Positions 21,079 to 30,326 of a stretch of 64,000 bases of DNA are shown here, one piece after another. Every line of letters starts with the position of its first letter. Positions within the stretch are counted from its first letter, which is position 1. A model generated the notes under the pieces. That model was not told the origin of the DNA. It saw nothing but the letters and a program-made list of their open reading frames with translations, and ran no database searches. The position numbers were made by a program, and so were the translations under genes. The DNA comes from an uncultured Eubacteriales bacterium (GTDB taxonomy: Bacteria; Bacillota; Clostridia; TANB77; UBA1234), in assembly GCA_959598745.1 (NCBI GenBank), contig CAUGFN010000001.1, positions 3,713 through 67,712 of the forward strand, in the 5' to 3' direction.

Positions 21079-21900
21079 ATGATTACAACTATTACAGAAA
21101 TGTTAAGTTTTGCTTTTATACAGAGAGCAGCATTGGTTGGAATTCTAGTAAGTTTATGCGCAGCTCTTCTGGGAGTAAGCTTAGTTTTGAAAAGATACGC
21201 AATGATTGGTGATGGACTTTCACATGTTGGTTTTGGTATATTGACGATAGCTACTGCACTTGGCATTACTACACCTTTATACATCGCAATACCAGGAGTT
21301 ATAATTGCAGCTGTTGTGCTACTAAAAATAGGTGATGATAGCAAGATTAAGGCGGACAGTGCAATTGCTCTTATATCAAGTACAGCCTTAGCTTTAGGTG
21401 TGGCGGTCACTTCTTTAACTACGGGTATGAATACGGATGTATGTAATTTTATGTTTGGTAGTATCCTTGCTATGAGTGCTTCTGATGTTTATTTAAGTGT
21501 AACGGTTAGTGTTATTGTTGTAATTTTATTCGTCATCTATTACAGAAAATTGTTTGCAATTACATTTGACGAAGAATTTTCTAAAGCAGTTGGCTTGAAT
21601 GTAAAATGGTATACAAATTTGATTGCTATTTTGACAGCCGTTGTTATCGTCGTTGGAATGAGAATGATGGGAACCATGCTTATAAGTAGCATCATAATTT
21701 TCCCGGCACTTACATCAATGAGATTATTTAGGTCTTTTAAAAAGGTTGTAATAAGTTCGTCAATTGTTAGTGTGGTATCATTTTTAATTGGTTTATACAT
21801 ATCTTATGCATATAATATTAGTACAGGTGCGACAATTGTTTTAGTGAATGTTGTTATGTTTATAATATTTAGCATACTTGATAAAATAGTACATGATTAG
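21079..21900 (+). CDS. Metal ABC transporter permease (ZnuB/MntB-like)
   Basis: 273-aa polytopic membrane protein immediately after the ATPase. Terminator hairpin TGGCATA...TATGCCA followed by a T-run at about 21925-21965. Confidence 0.75.
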   Translation: MITTITEMLSFAFIQRAALVGILVSLCAALLGVSLVLKRYAMIGDGLSHVGFGILTIATALGITTPLYIAIPGVIIAAVVLLKIGDDSKIKADSAIALISSTALALGVAVTSLTTGMNTDVCNFMFGSILAMSASDVYLSVTVSVIVVILFVIYYRKLFAITFDEEFSKAVGLNVKWYTNLIAILTAVVIVVGMRMMGTMLISSIIIFPALTSMRLFRSFKKVVISSSIVSVVSFLIGLYISYAYNISTGATIVLVNVVMFIIFSILDKIVHD

Positions 21901-22140
21901 AAAATTTAAGTAATTAATATTGGCATATAATGCTTTTCTTGAAGAGTATTGTATGCCATTTTTTTATTTTAAAGATTTATAACAAAAATGGTAAACGTTG
22001 GCAGAATCATTATTTAAAGTTAGAATTTGATTGAAATAAGGTTTCATTTAATATAGAATATAAGAAAACTTGAGCTTTATGAGACTTTTTGATGTTTGAA
22101 TTGTCTAATTGGTGTAAGGCATTAAAAGGAGGGAAAATTT

Positions 22141-22683
22141 ATGGATAACGGCGCAAGTAGCTACCGTCGTTTCCTAAATGGAGATGAAAGTGGTCTTGAA
22201 GATATAGTTAAAATGTATGGCGATAGTCTTATGTTTTTTATAAATGGTTTTGTAAATAATCTTTCTTTGGCTGAAGAATTAATGGAAGATGTTTTTATGG
22301 AATTGGTTGTAAAAAAGCATAATTTTAAAGAAGAATCTTCATTTAAAACTTATTTGTTTCAAATTGGAAGAAATAAAGCTTTCAATGTTCTAAAAAAGAA
22401 TAAAAAATGTAGCTTTTTAGAAGATGAAATACTTGAGGATGAAGAAAGATTTGAAGAGAGTGTAATAAAAGATGAAGAACACAGAAATATACGCAGAATA
22501 ATAAAGACTTTACCAAAAGATTATGAAACAGTGTTGTTTTTAATATACTTTGAAGATATGTCTTATGATGAAATATCGAAGGTTATGCATAAAAATAATA
22601 AACAAGTAAAGAACCTTGCGTATAGGGCAAGGCTTGCTCTTAAAGAAAATTTAAGAAAGGAGGGATTTTCTTATGAAGAGTAA
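22141..22683 (+). CDS. ECF-type RNA polymerase sigma-70 factor
   Basis: Sigma-70 region 2 (FQIGRNKAFNVLKK) and region 4 (MSYDEISKVMHKNNKQVKNLAYRAR) are recognisable. Confidence 0.85.
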   Translation: MDNGASSYRRFLNGDESGLEDIVKMYGDSLMFFINGFVNNLSLAEELMEDVFMELVVKKHNFKEESSFKTYLFQIGRNKAFNVLKKNKKCSFLEDEILEDEERFEESVIKDEEHRNIRRIIKTLPKDYETVLFLIYFEDMSYDEISKVMHKNNKQVKNLAYRARLALKENLRKEGFSYEE

Positions 22684-24739
22684 TGAGGAGAGAGTTAAAA
22701 GTATACTTAAGAAAGCGAGTGAGTATAAAATGAAAAAAAGAAGAGAGGGATATGCACTTATTACTTGTATATGTGCAGTTGCAATAGCAGTGCTTGTTGG
22801 CGTTGATGCAACTAAAATACATCATGTTGAAGATGTGGAATTAAGCGTGCTAAAGGTAAATCAAAAAGAAGTTGAGTTTGAAAATCAAAAAGAATTGAAA
22901 CTTACAACTTTTAAAACGAAAGATGAATTAGTGAAAAAACTAGAAAATAGTAGGGAACGTATTAATAGAAAAACTATATTTAATTCTTTAGGCGATTTGA
23001 GATATGCAGATTCTATTTCAATTGATTCTGCAACGCAGGAATTATCAGCGACAGAAAATGTAGCTGGTGATAGCGGGGGTCAAAAATCTTCAGATGAATA
23101 TTCAGAAACCAACACACAAGTTCAAGGCGTTGATGAAGCAGATATAGTAAAGACTAATGGAGATTACATTTATTACTTATCAAATAATACTTTAAAGATA
23201 GTTAATAATAAAGGCGAAAAATTAGAGCTAGAGAAAGAAATTGATTTTAAGCTAAAAAATGACAATGACATATATCAAAGACCAAGAGAGTTATATTTGA
23301 GTGACGATTATATAATAGTAATAGCAACTAGTAGTATGAGTAGACCAATAATAGTAGAAAATGATATGGTTACTACGTATGGCTTTTACAGGGGTTTCTA
23401 TGATACAACATCAACAAAGGTTATGATTTATGATATAAATAATTATGATTTGGTTAGAGAGATAGAGACAGAAGGAAGCTATTGTTCATCAAGAAAAGTT
23501 GATGATGATATATATGTAATAAGCAATAAGTATGTATATTTTTATAACGACATTAATCCTGAAGATGTTGTACCACTTTTCAAAGATACTTGTGTCGAGA
23601 ATGGAAAAACTAAAGAAGTTGATATTGCATCAATAAAATGTTTTCCGGATATTGAGGATGATGACGAATGTTCATACATGATGATTACTTCATTTAGCTT
23701 GGACAATATATCTGAAAAAGCAAATGTAGAAACTTTTATAGGTACAGGTGAAGAAATATATTGTTCAAAAGAAAATCTATATGTAACGAAGTCAAGTTAT
23801 CCAGGCTGGTTAAGATATGATAATACTAATGGAAAAACTAAGATAAGAAAATTTGCTATATACAATGGAAAAATAAAATATGTGGCAGAAGGCGAAGTTA
23901 AAGGAACTTTATTAAATCAATTTTCAATGGATGAATATGATGGAAACTTTAGAATAACAACTACCAAAGAAAGTTCATGGAATAGTGATACATCTGAAAA
24001 TAATTTATATGTCTTGAATAAAGATTTAAAAGTTATTGGAAAGCTAGAAGGTTTGGCAAAAGGTGAGAGAATATACAGCACACGTTTTATGGGAGACAAA
24101 TGTTATGTTGTAACATATAAAACTGTGGATCCACTTTTTGTAATAGATTTAAGTGAGCCAACCAATCCGGAAGTTTTAGGAGAATTAAAGATACCAGGAT
24201 ATAGCAGTTACTTACATCCATTTGGCGAAAACTATTTAATCGGTTTTGGAGAAGATTCAATAGAGAAGATTGTTAAAAACTATGATGGAACAGAACGTGT
24301 AACAGCATATTCAACAGGATTAAAACTTGCTATATTTGACGTTAGTGATTATAACAATCCAAAAGAATTAGACTCTGTAAAGATAGGCGGAAGAGGAAGC
24401 TATTCTGAGTTATTGTACAATCATAAATCACTTCTATTCAAACAAGATGAAGGGTTATTTGCTTTTCCAGTTAGATTATATGATGAAAATGCAGGAACAT
24501 ATGAAAATGGAGTCCCAAGGTATGGAAAGTTAGAGTTTTGTGGAGCAGTTATATTTAATATAGATACAGAAAATGGTATAACATTGCTTGGCAAAGTTTC
24601 AAATGAAAATACTGAAAATCCTTATAGCAATATTGAAAGAATAATATATATAGGAGATAAGCTTTATACAATATCAAGTAATATGATAAAAGTATTAGAT
24701 ATGGATACAATGAAAGAAGTATCGAAAATAGAATTTTAA
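22673..24739 (+). CDS. Putative anti-sigma / membrane-anchored beta-propeller domain protein (688 aa)
   Basis: Overlaps the sigma gene by 11 nt (translational coupling). Short cytoplasmic N-terminus, one TM, then a large extracytoplasmic domain resembling the Firmicute 'beta propeller' family. Confidence 0.5.
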   Translation: MKSNEERVKSILKKASEYKMKKRREGYALITCICAVAIAVLVGVDATKIHHVEDVELSVLKVNQKEVEFENQKELKLTTFKTKDELVKKLENSRERINRKTIFNSLGDLRYADSISIDSATQELSATENVAGDSGGQKSSDEYSETNTQVQGVDEADIVKTNGDYIYYLSNNTLKIVNNKGEKLELEKEIDFKLKNDNDIYQRPRELYLSDDYIIVIATSSMSRPIIVENDMVTTYGFYRGFYDTTSTKVMIYDINNYDLVREIETEGSYCSSRKVDDDIYVISNKYVYFYNDINPEDVVPLFKDTCVENGKTKEVDIASIKCFPDIEDDDECSYMMITSFSLDNISEKANVETFIGTGEEIYCSKENLYVTKSSYPGWLRYDNTNGKTKIRKFAIYNGKIKYVAEGEVKGTLLNQFSMDEYDGNFRITTTKESSWNSDTSENNLYVLNKDLKVIGKLEGLAKGERIYSTRFMGDKCYVVTYKTVDPLFVIDLSEPTNPEVLGELKIPGYSSYLHPFGENYLIGFGEDSIEKIVKNYDGTERVTAYSTGLKLAIFDVSDYNNPKELDSVKIGGRGSYSELLYNHKSLLFKQDEGLFAFPVRLYDENAGTYENGVPRYGKLEFCGAVIFNIDTENGITLLGKVSNENTENPYSNIERIIYIGDKLYTISSNMIKVLDMDTMKEVSKIEF

Positions 24740-24856
24740 TATGTAAAGGTGGAAAAATACTTCCACCTTTTTATTGTTTTATGATATAATGTGAGCATTA
24801 AAAAAGGTTCTATAAAATTATTTTAGGAAGTTGATACATAAAGAGGTGAATGTGGG

Positions 24857-25054
24857 ATGAGAGTTATATTAGATAGATATGAAGGAGATTATGCTGTTGT
24901 TGAACTTGAAAGTGGGGAGCTTGTAAATATGCCTAGAATGCTTGCTATGAATGCTGAAGAGGGAGATATTATAGAACTAAGAATTTTAGAAAAAGAAACG
25001 GATGAAAGAAAAGCATATATACAAAATTTAGCTAATCAACTTTTCGAAGATTAA
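24857..25054 (+). CDS. DUF3006 family protein
   Basis: MRVILDRYEGDYAVVELESGE... matches the DUF3006 pattern. Confidence 0.6.
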   Translation: MRVILDRYEGDYAVVELESGELVNMPRMLAMNAEEGDIIELRILEKETDERKAYIQNLANQLFED

Positions 25055-25127
25055 AAATAAATGTTGGAATTATAAACGAAATATAGTATTATAATTATAG
25101 TGTATAAAGAGTATAGGAGGAAAAGAT

Positions 25128-25700
25128 ATGAAAAAACTTAGAATAGTCGGAATTGTTTTAATAATGGCTTTGTGTATTTTAGGAATGGTTGGTTGTAATA
25201 AAAAAGAAGAGAATCTAGACACTGGATTAAATAATGATATTAGTGATAAGGTTAATACAAGCTCAAAAGATGATGAGAAGGACTTAGAAAATATTATAGG
25301 TGGTTCTAAAATAGAAGAAAATACTAGCGGAAATAATGAGAGCGGAGATTCAGGCGATGTTTCAGGAAAAATAGGTTTATCAACAACAGAGGATAGAGCA
25401 GTTTTTAATTTTGGAAATGCTTATTATATAATATTTGATTTTAGTGGAGACCAAGTAGTAAATTATAGTTATTGTTATATGTATGATAATGAGGAAGCGG
25501 GAAAACAAGCATATGAGCAATATATGAATGAGTTAAAAGATGTTAATAATAGCGAGCTAACAGGGCTAGAAAATATAAAAGAAATTAAGAGAGATGGAAA
25601 GTATGTAACGATTACTATGAAAGAATCAGTAAGTCAAGATATGACAAGAGAAGAAGTAATGGAGACATACAAATATTTAGAAAAAATATCTCAAAAATAG
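25128..25700 (+). CDS. Lipoprotein (lipobox MVGC)
   Basis: Signal peptide ending ILGMVGC, followed by a polar region. Confidence 0.5.
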   Translation: MKKLRIVGIVLIMALCILGMVGCNKKEENLDTGLNNDISDKVNTSSKDDEKDLENIIGGSKIEENTSGNNESGDSGDVSGKIGLSTTEDRAVFNFGNAYYIIFDFSGDQVVNYSYCYMYDNEEAGKQAYEQYMNELKDVNNSELTGLENIKEIKRDGKYVTITMKESVSQDMTREEVMETYKYLEKISQK

Positions 25701-25909
25701 TTTTAGATTAAAATTTGTATGCGAAAAAATTTAAAAATAGGATTTGAATCAAATCAACGATTCAAATCCTATTTTTTAGTCAACTTATAAATGAGAATTT
25801 TTTAAAGCCGTTTTTACATTATAAAGAAACATTAATTTTTTTGATTTAAGTTTGAAATATATTAAAATTACACTGTTTCGATTAATGGTTATAATTTTCT
25901 TAAATGATG

Positions 25910-26314
25910 TTACCAAGGCTTTTTATCGCAATGGTCTTTTGGGCAAATGTCTTTTTGACAAGTGTCGCAGTGGTCTTTTTCACAATGATCTTTGTCGCAG
26001 TGGTCCTTGTCATGCTTAAATTCACAATCAACAAATAAATCATCAACTTTAGTGTCAGCAGTAAAGTCGATAGGAATCTCAACTTTCATCTTTTGAATAA
26101 TAGTGTACTTACAGCAACCGTTCTTTTGCATTTCATCACAACAAATATCATGCTTTCTTGGAACAACGATTGGTGTGCCACAGCATTCTGTTTTAATGTT
26201 TCCAACTTTTGCGCAAGGTGTTGTTGTTACAGGTAAACATATCGTTAGGAATTTTTCAATTATTGTTTTAAAATCGCAAAAATCAGGACGGTCAAATTTT
26301 TCATTTTCAAACAT
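25910..26314 (-). CDS. Cys/His-rich small protein with tandem KDHC repeats (possible spore coat/exosporium or metal-binding protein)
   Basis: Translation contains HDKDHCDKDHCEKDHCDTCQKDICPKDHCDKK plus CC pairs. Confidence 0.5.
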   Translation of the reverse strand: MFENEKFDRPDFCDFKTIIEKFLTICLPVTTTPCAKVGNIKTECCGTPIVVPRKHDICCDEMQKNGCCKYTIIQKMKVEIPIDFTADTKVDDLFVDCEFKHDKDHCDKDHCEKDHCDTCQKDICPKDHCDKKPW

Positions 26315-26474
26315 AGCATTTCCTCCTTTTCTAATTATAGAATATGAAGAAAATAAGAGAAATGTGAATGTTTAAGTCTGTTAATAAAAGAGATTTTTCA
26401 ATAAAAATAACTTACAACTAAAATTTTTATAGCTGATGTAATTATATTTGTGAAATTGCTTTCATACAATATGT

Positions 26475-27275
26475 ATGGGGGTGTTTAATTTGAAAAATAA
26501 GTTTGTTGTTATAAATGCAAAAATGTTTTTATTTGCAGTAATAAGCATATTCGTTTTAATATTAGCATGCGGTTGTGGGAATACAATAGTTGAGAAGATA
26601 TTAGAAACGGCGGCAAATTATAGATTGCTTCCGATATATAGCGTAGAAACAGAAGATAAAGTTGTAGCATTAACATTTGATTGTGCATGGGGAGCTGATG
26701 ACATACCAGATATCATAAACACATTGACCGAAAACGATGTGAAAGCAGCGTTCTTCATGGTAGGAGACTTTGTTAAAAAATACCCAGATGAAGTAAAATT
26801 AGTACATGATAATGGAATGGACATAGGCAATCATTCAAATTCACATGCACATGTAAATACCTTATCTTTCGATACAAATGTTGATGATATGAAAAAGTGC
26901 AATGAGAAAATAAGGAATATAACTGGTGAAGAAGTAAAACTATATAGAGGTCCTTATGGTGAATATAATAATACTGTAATAGAGGCGGCTAAAAGTTTAG
27001 AAATGCAAGTTATTCAATGGGATATAGACACATTAGATTATACAGGAAAAACACCAGATGAAATGTGCAAAAGAATAAAAGAGAAAATAAGAAATGGAAG
27101 TATAATTTTGATGCATAATGATACAAAGCATACGGCAGAGGGATTAAACCAAATAATAAGGACAATAAAAGATTTAGGTTACGAAATAGTTCTGGTTTCT
27201 GAAATGATTTATCAAGATAACTATGAAATAAATCACGAAGGGAGACAAATTTTAAAAGTGGTTGGGGCTAATTGA
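26475..27275 (+). CDS. Polysaccharide deacetylase family (NodB domain) sporulation-type protein
   Basis: TFDCAWGADD...GNHSNSHAH NodB motifs; N-terminal TM. Confidence 0.8.
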   Translation: MGVFNLKNKFVVINAKMFLFAVISIFVLILACGCGNTIVEKILETAANYRLLPIYSVETEDKVVALTFDCAWGADDIPDIINTLTENDVKAAFFMVGDFVKKYPDEVKLVHDNGMDIGNHSNSHAHVNTLSFDTNVDDMKKCNEKIRNITGEEVKLYRGPYGEYNNTVIEAAKSLEMQVIQWDIDTLDYTGKTPDEMCKRIKEKIRNGSIILMHNDTKHTAEGLNQIIRTIKDLGYEIVLVSEMIYQDNYEINHEGRQILKVVGAN

Positions 27276-27359
27276 TATTTTGAAACAACCCAAAATATCA
27301 ACGACTAAAAATAAAAAGAATAAAACTTATGGCACAAAAATAAACTTAAAAAGAGGAGA

Positions 27360-28510
27360 GTGATTTTTATGCCAGTTTTAAGATATGGTTCGAGTGGTGC
27401 TTATGTTGAATGGTTACAAAGCACCTTAAAAAAGTTGGAATACTATGCAGGAAATGTGGATGGAATATATGGAAATCAAACAATGGAGGCAGTAAAGAAC
27501 TTTCAAAAAGAATTTGGGCTACAACTGGATGGAATCGTTGGCATAGCGACTTGGAATGCACTAATGCCGTATTTAAATGGTAAACTTTTTGATATAGTTC
27601 CTACAGATATAATATATCCATATAGCATTATGATGAGAAATATAAATGCTTTAGTTACAAAGTATCCTTTTTTAGAATATAGCTATTATGGCAGAAGTAT
27701 AATGGGAAAGAATTTGCCAGTAATAAAAATAGGAAACGGAAGCAAAGAAGTTTTTTATAGTGCATCAATCCATGCAAACGAATGGATTAATTCGGTTGTG
27801 TTTATGAAATTTATTGAGGATTTTGCAAAGGCATATGAAAGTGAAGGAAATATATTTGGCTATGATGCAAAAAAGATATTTAATGAAACAACAATTTATA
27901 TAGCACCTATGGCAAATCCAGATGGAGTGGATTTAGTGCTTTGGCAATTGCCAGTGCGTTCGTCAGCATATATGAATGCCAGAAATATAGCTAGTGGATA
28001 TCCCAATATTCCTTTTCCAAACGGTTGGAAAGCTAATATTGTGCGGAGTAGATTTGAATTTGCAATTTCCCGCCGAATGGCAACTTGCACGTGAAAACAA
28101 GTTTAAACAAGGTTTTGTAAGACCAGCACCAAGAGATTTTGTTGGTTACCGGACCTTTAACTGAGCCGGAATCATTAGCTTTGTACAATTATACACTTGC
28201 ACATGATTTCAAATTGATTTTATCATATCATACACAAGGAGAAATAATATATTGGAGATATTTGGAATTCGAGCCGGTAGGTGCAGAAGAATTGGGAAAA
28301 GAATTTGCCAGAATTAGTACATACACATTAGATGATGAGAAAGAAACAAATAGTTATGCAGGATATAGAGATTGGTACATATCAAAATACAATAGACCTG
28401 GATACACGTTCGAAACAGGCATGGGACAAAATCCGCTACCAATTTCTCAGTTCGAAAAGATATACAAAGACAATGTAGGAGTTTTAGTGACGGCGGCTGT
28501 AAAAACATAG
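27360..28510 (+). pseudogene. Gamma-D-glutamyl-L-diamino acid endopeptidase (M14 peptidase with PG-binding domain), two frameshifts
   Basis: PG_binding_1 domain followed by M14 (SIHANEW). The conserved stretch VDLNLQFPAEWQLARENKFKQGFVRPAPRDFVGY is read only in a third frame between ORFs 27360..28094 and 28139..28510. Frames therefore run 0 -> 1 -> 2, with shifts near 28045 and 28140. Confidence 0.6.
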
Positions 28511-28520
28511 ATAAATTATG

Positions 28521-28549
28521 TTGACTGTATGCGGGAAATATGCTATAAT
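28521..28549 (+). promoter_or_regulatory. Consensus sigma-A promoter TTGACT-17-TATAAT driving the GC-rich bicistronic cassette
   Basis: TTGACTgtatgcgggaaatatgcTATAAT. Followed by an 11-codon uORF (ATGGGCGAAAAAACATGGACTTTGAAGGAGGCATAA) whose last codons contain the RBS of the next gene. Confidence 0.5.
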
Positions 28550-28629
28550 CTATGTCGAAGTTTATCGCTATAGGAGGAAAGCCCATAACTATGGGCGAAA
28601 AAACATGGACTTTGAAGGAGGCATAATTT

Positions 28630-29037
28630 TTGGAAACAACAGCACAGCGGTTAGCAGACATTGAGGAAGTATGGTTAGAAAACGCAGGAGATGTGGCATG
28701 TATTTCGAACCAGTGTGGTATAAGCCAAGGGATGGTGTATTACACAATGCGGAAATATTGCTATAAAAATGGGAAGGACTATCAAAGCTATCTTAGACAT
28801 CCGCATAAACCACATAAACCATATGAACGGCATGTTTATAAGACGCAAAAAAGTGCATCATTAGGAAGAATACAAAGGAAAGAGTACATTCTGACGAAAA
28901 CAAGCGAAGAAATGTCTGAGCAAGTAAGTGAGCTACTTAAAAGTTCGAGTAGTAAAGACATTCTTGCAGGAATTGACTTGCTCATCAGGATGGTTGAAAA
29001 GGAGATTTGTAGAAATGGGAACAACATTGTACATTAA
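28630..29037 (+). CDS. GC-rich ORFan 1 (135 aa, TTG start, HTH-like segment)
   Basis: GAAGGAGG RBS; HTH-like ISNQCGISQGMVYYTMRKY; repeated HKPHKPY. Roughly 41% GC against ~30% background. Confidence 0.45.
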   Translation: METTAQRLADIEEVWLENAGDVACISNQCGISQGMVYYTMRKYCYKNGKDYQSYLRHPHKPHKPYERHVYKTQKSASLGRIQRKEYILTKTSEEMSEQVSELLKSSSSKDILAGIDLLIRMVEKEICRNGNNIVH

Positions 29038-29908
29038 TGGTCGTTCTAAGGAATTAAGGTCCATCAGAGAGTACGTCAAAGCAGGATATACAAAGACGCA
29101 ACTCGCCAACGAGTTTAACTGCTCGGCAGAAACGTTTCTCGAAGCTTTGAAGGAAAAGACTGGTGTCAGATTCAAGGAGTACAACCGTGATTTGGAGCGA
29201 AATGAAAGTCGGTATAAGAGAAAAACAGGTCTTGAGATAAAGAGAAAAGAGGTAAATAGTATGTCAGAAACAACTGAAATCATTGAAAGCGAGCCGAATG
29301 TGAGTTACGAAAAGGAAAGTGCTCCGACGTTCCGGAATCGCGAAAGCGAACTAAACGAGCAGGCGGAGGAAAGCAAAAAAAATCTTTCTGAGATGAAAGA
29401 AAAACTTGAAAGAGCCAAAGTAAATCTCACAGAAATACAAAATGAAAAAGAAGAGATTCGAAACAAGGCTAACCAATGCAATGAAGAGTACGTGAGACTA
29501 AAAGTGGAGTTAGAAGAACTCAGAAAGAGTTTTGCCGAAGTTACTGCGCGATTAGAGACTCGTAAGGATGATGTCGAATCTTTGGAACATAATATAAGCG
29601 AAGAAGAAGAAAAGCTCTACAAAATAAACAAAGAGCTTGAAAGCTACAAGACGGTTGAAATCTATTGTGATGAGACCGGGTTCCACATCTCAAACGTGGA
29701 ATATATGCCTGACGATGATACCATCGATGAAATTCTTTGCAAACTGCGTAAAGATCCTAGGATGGAGCAGTATATGTTCAAAACGGTCCAGAACGTTGCT
29801 AAAATAAAGGCAGCCATCGCACTTGTGGAGATTGTCGGATTGGTGGAGTATTCTGTACAGCTCGAAAAGTGCAGTAAGGATGTTCAGGACGCATACTCTT
29901 GCGATTGA
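29015..29908 (+). CDS. GC-rich ORFan 2 (about 297 aa: N-terminal HTH-like domain, long coiled coil, C-terminal Cys-containing domain)
   Basis: AAGGAG-N9-ATG at 29015, overlapping the 3' end of ORFan 1. Coiled-coil heptads; weak hairpin after the stop. Confidence 0.45.
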   Translation: MGTTLYINGRSKELRSIREYVKAGYTKTQLANEFNCSAETFLEALKEKTGVRFKEYNRDLERNESRYKRKTGLEIKRKEVNSMSETTEIIESEPNVSYEKESAPTFRNRESELNEQAEESKKNLSEMKEKLERAKVNLTEIQNEKEEIRNKANQCNEEYVRLKVELEELRKSFAEVTARLETRKDDVESLEHNISEEEEKLYKINKELESYKTVEIYCDETGFHISNVEYMPDDDTIDEILCKLRKDPRMEQYMFKTVQNVAKIKAAIALVEIVGLVEYSVQLEKCSKDVQDAYSCD

Positions 29909-30326
29909 AAAATTGCACATAATTGTGCATAAGTTCTAATCGCTTCTAAAGTTTAAGTGCTAGAATGGAATGTAAATTCTTTTCTGGCACTTTTTCTATG
30001 CTAGAAAACATCATGTCTATTTTTAATATATGTTATAAAATGTAATGTATATACAAAAATTAATCGGATTTTGAATAAAATGTGTGTTAAATCGGCATGA
30101 ACGTATTTTTGTGAAGGCTAAAGCAAGTAATATTAAAATGAATAAGGTAGATAATAATAAGTAAAAATAATACTTTTACAAAAAAAGTAGACATTTTTGT
30201 AAAATTATGTAGACAAGAATATAAAATTATGGTAAAATAAGACTTGTGTTCAGGAATAAAATTCCTATAATGGGAATAAGATTACATTAGAAAACATATT
30301 AAAATGCGAATGAGGGGGATAAAAAA

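Noticed and set aside
28591-28626. 11-codon uORF (MGEKTWTLKEA) as a gene
   Set aside because: Too short to call. It is more plausibly a leader peptide or a translational-coupling element for the TTG-initiated downstream ORF, and is reported only as part of the cassette.
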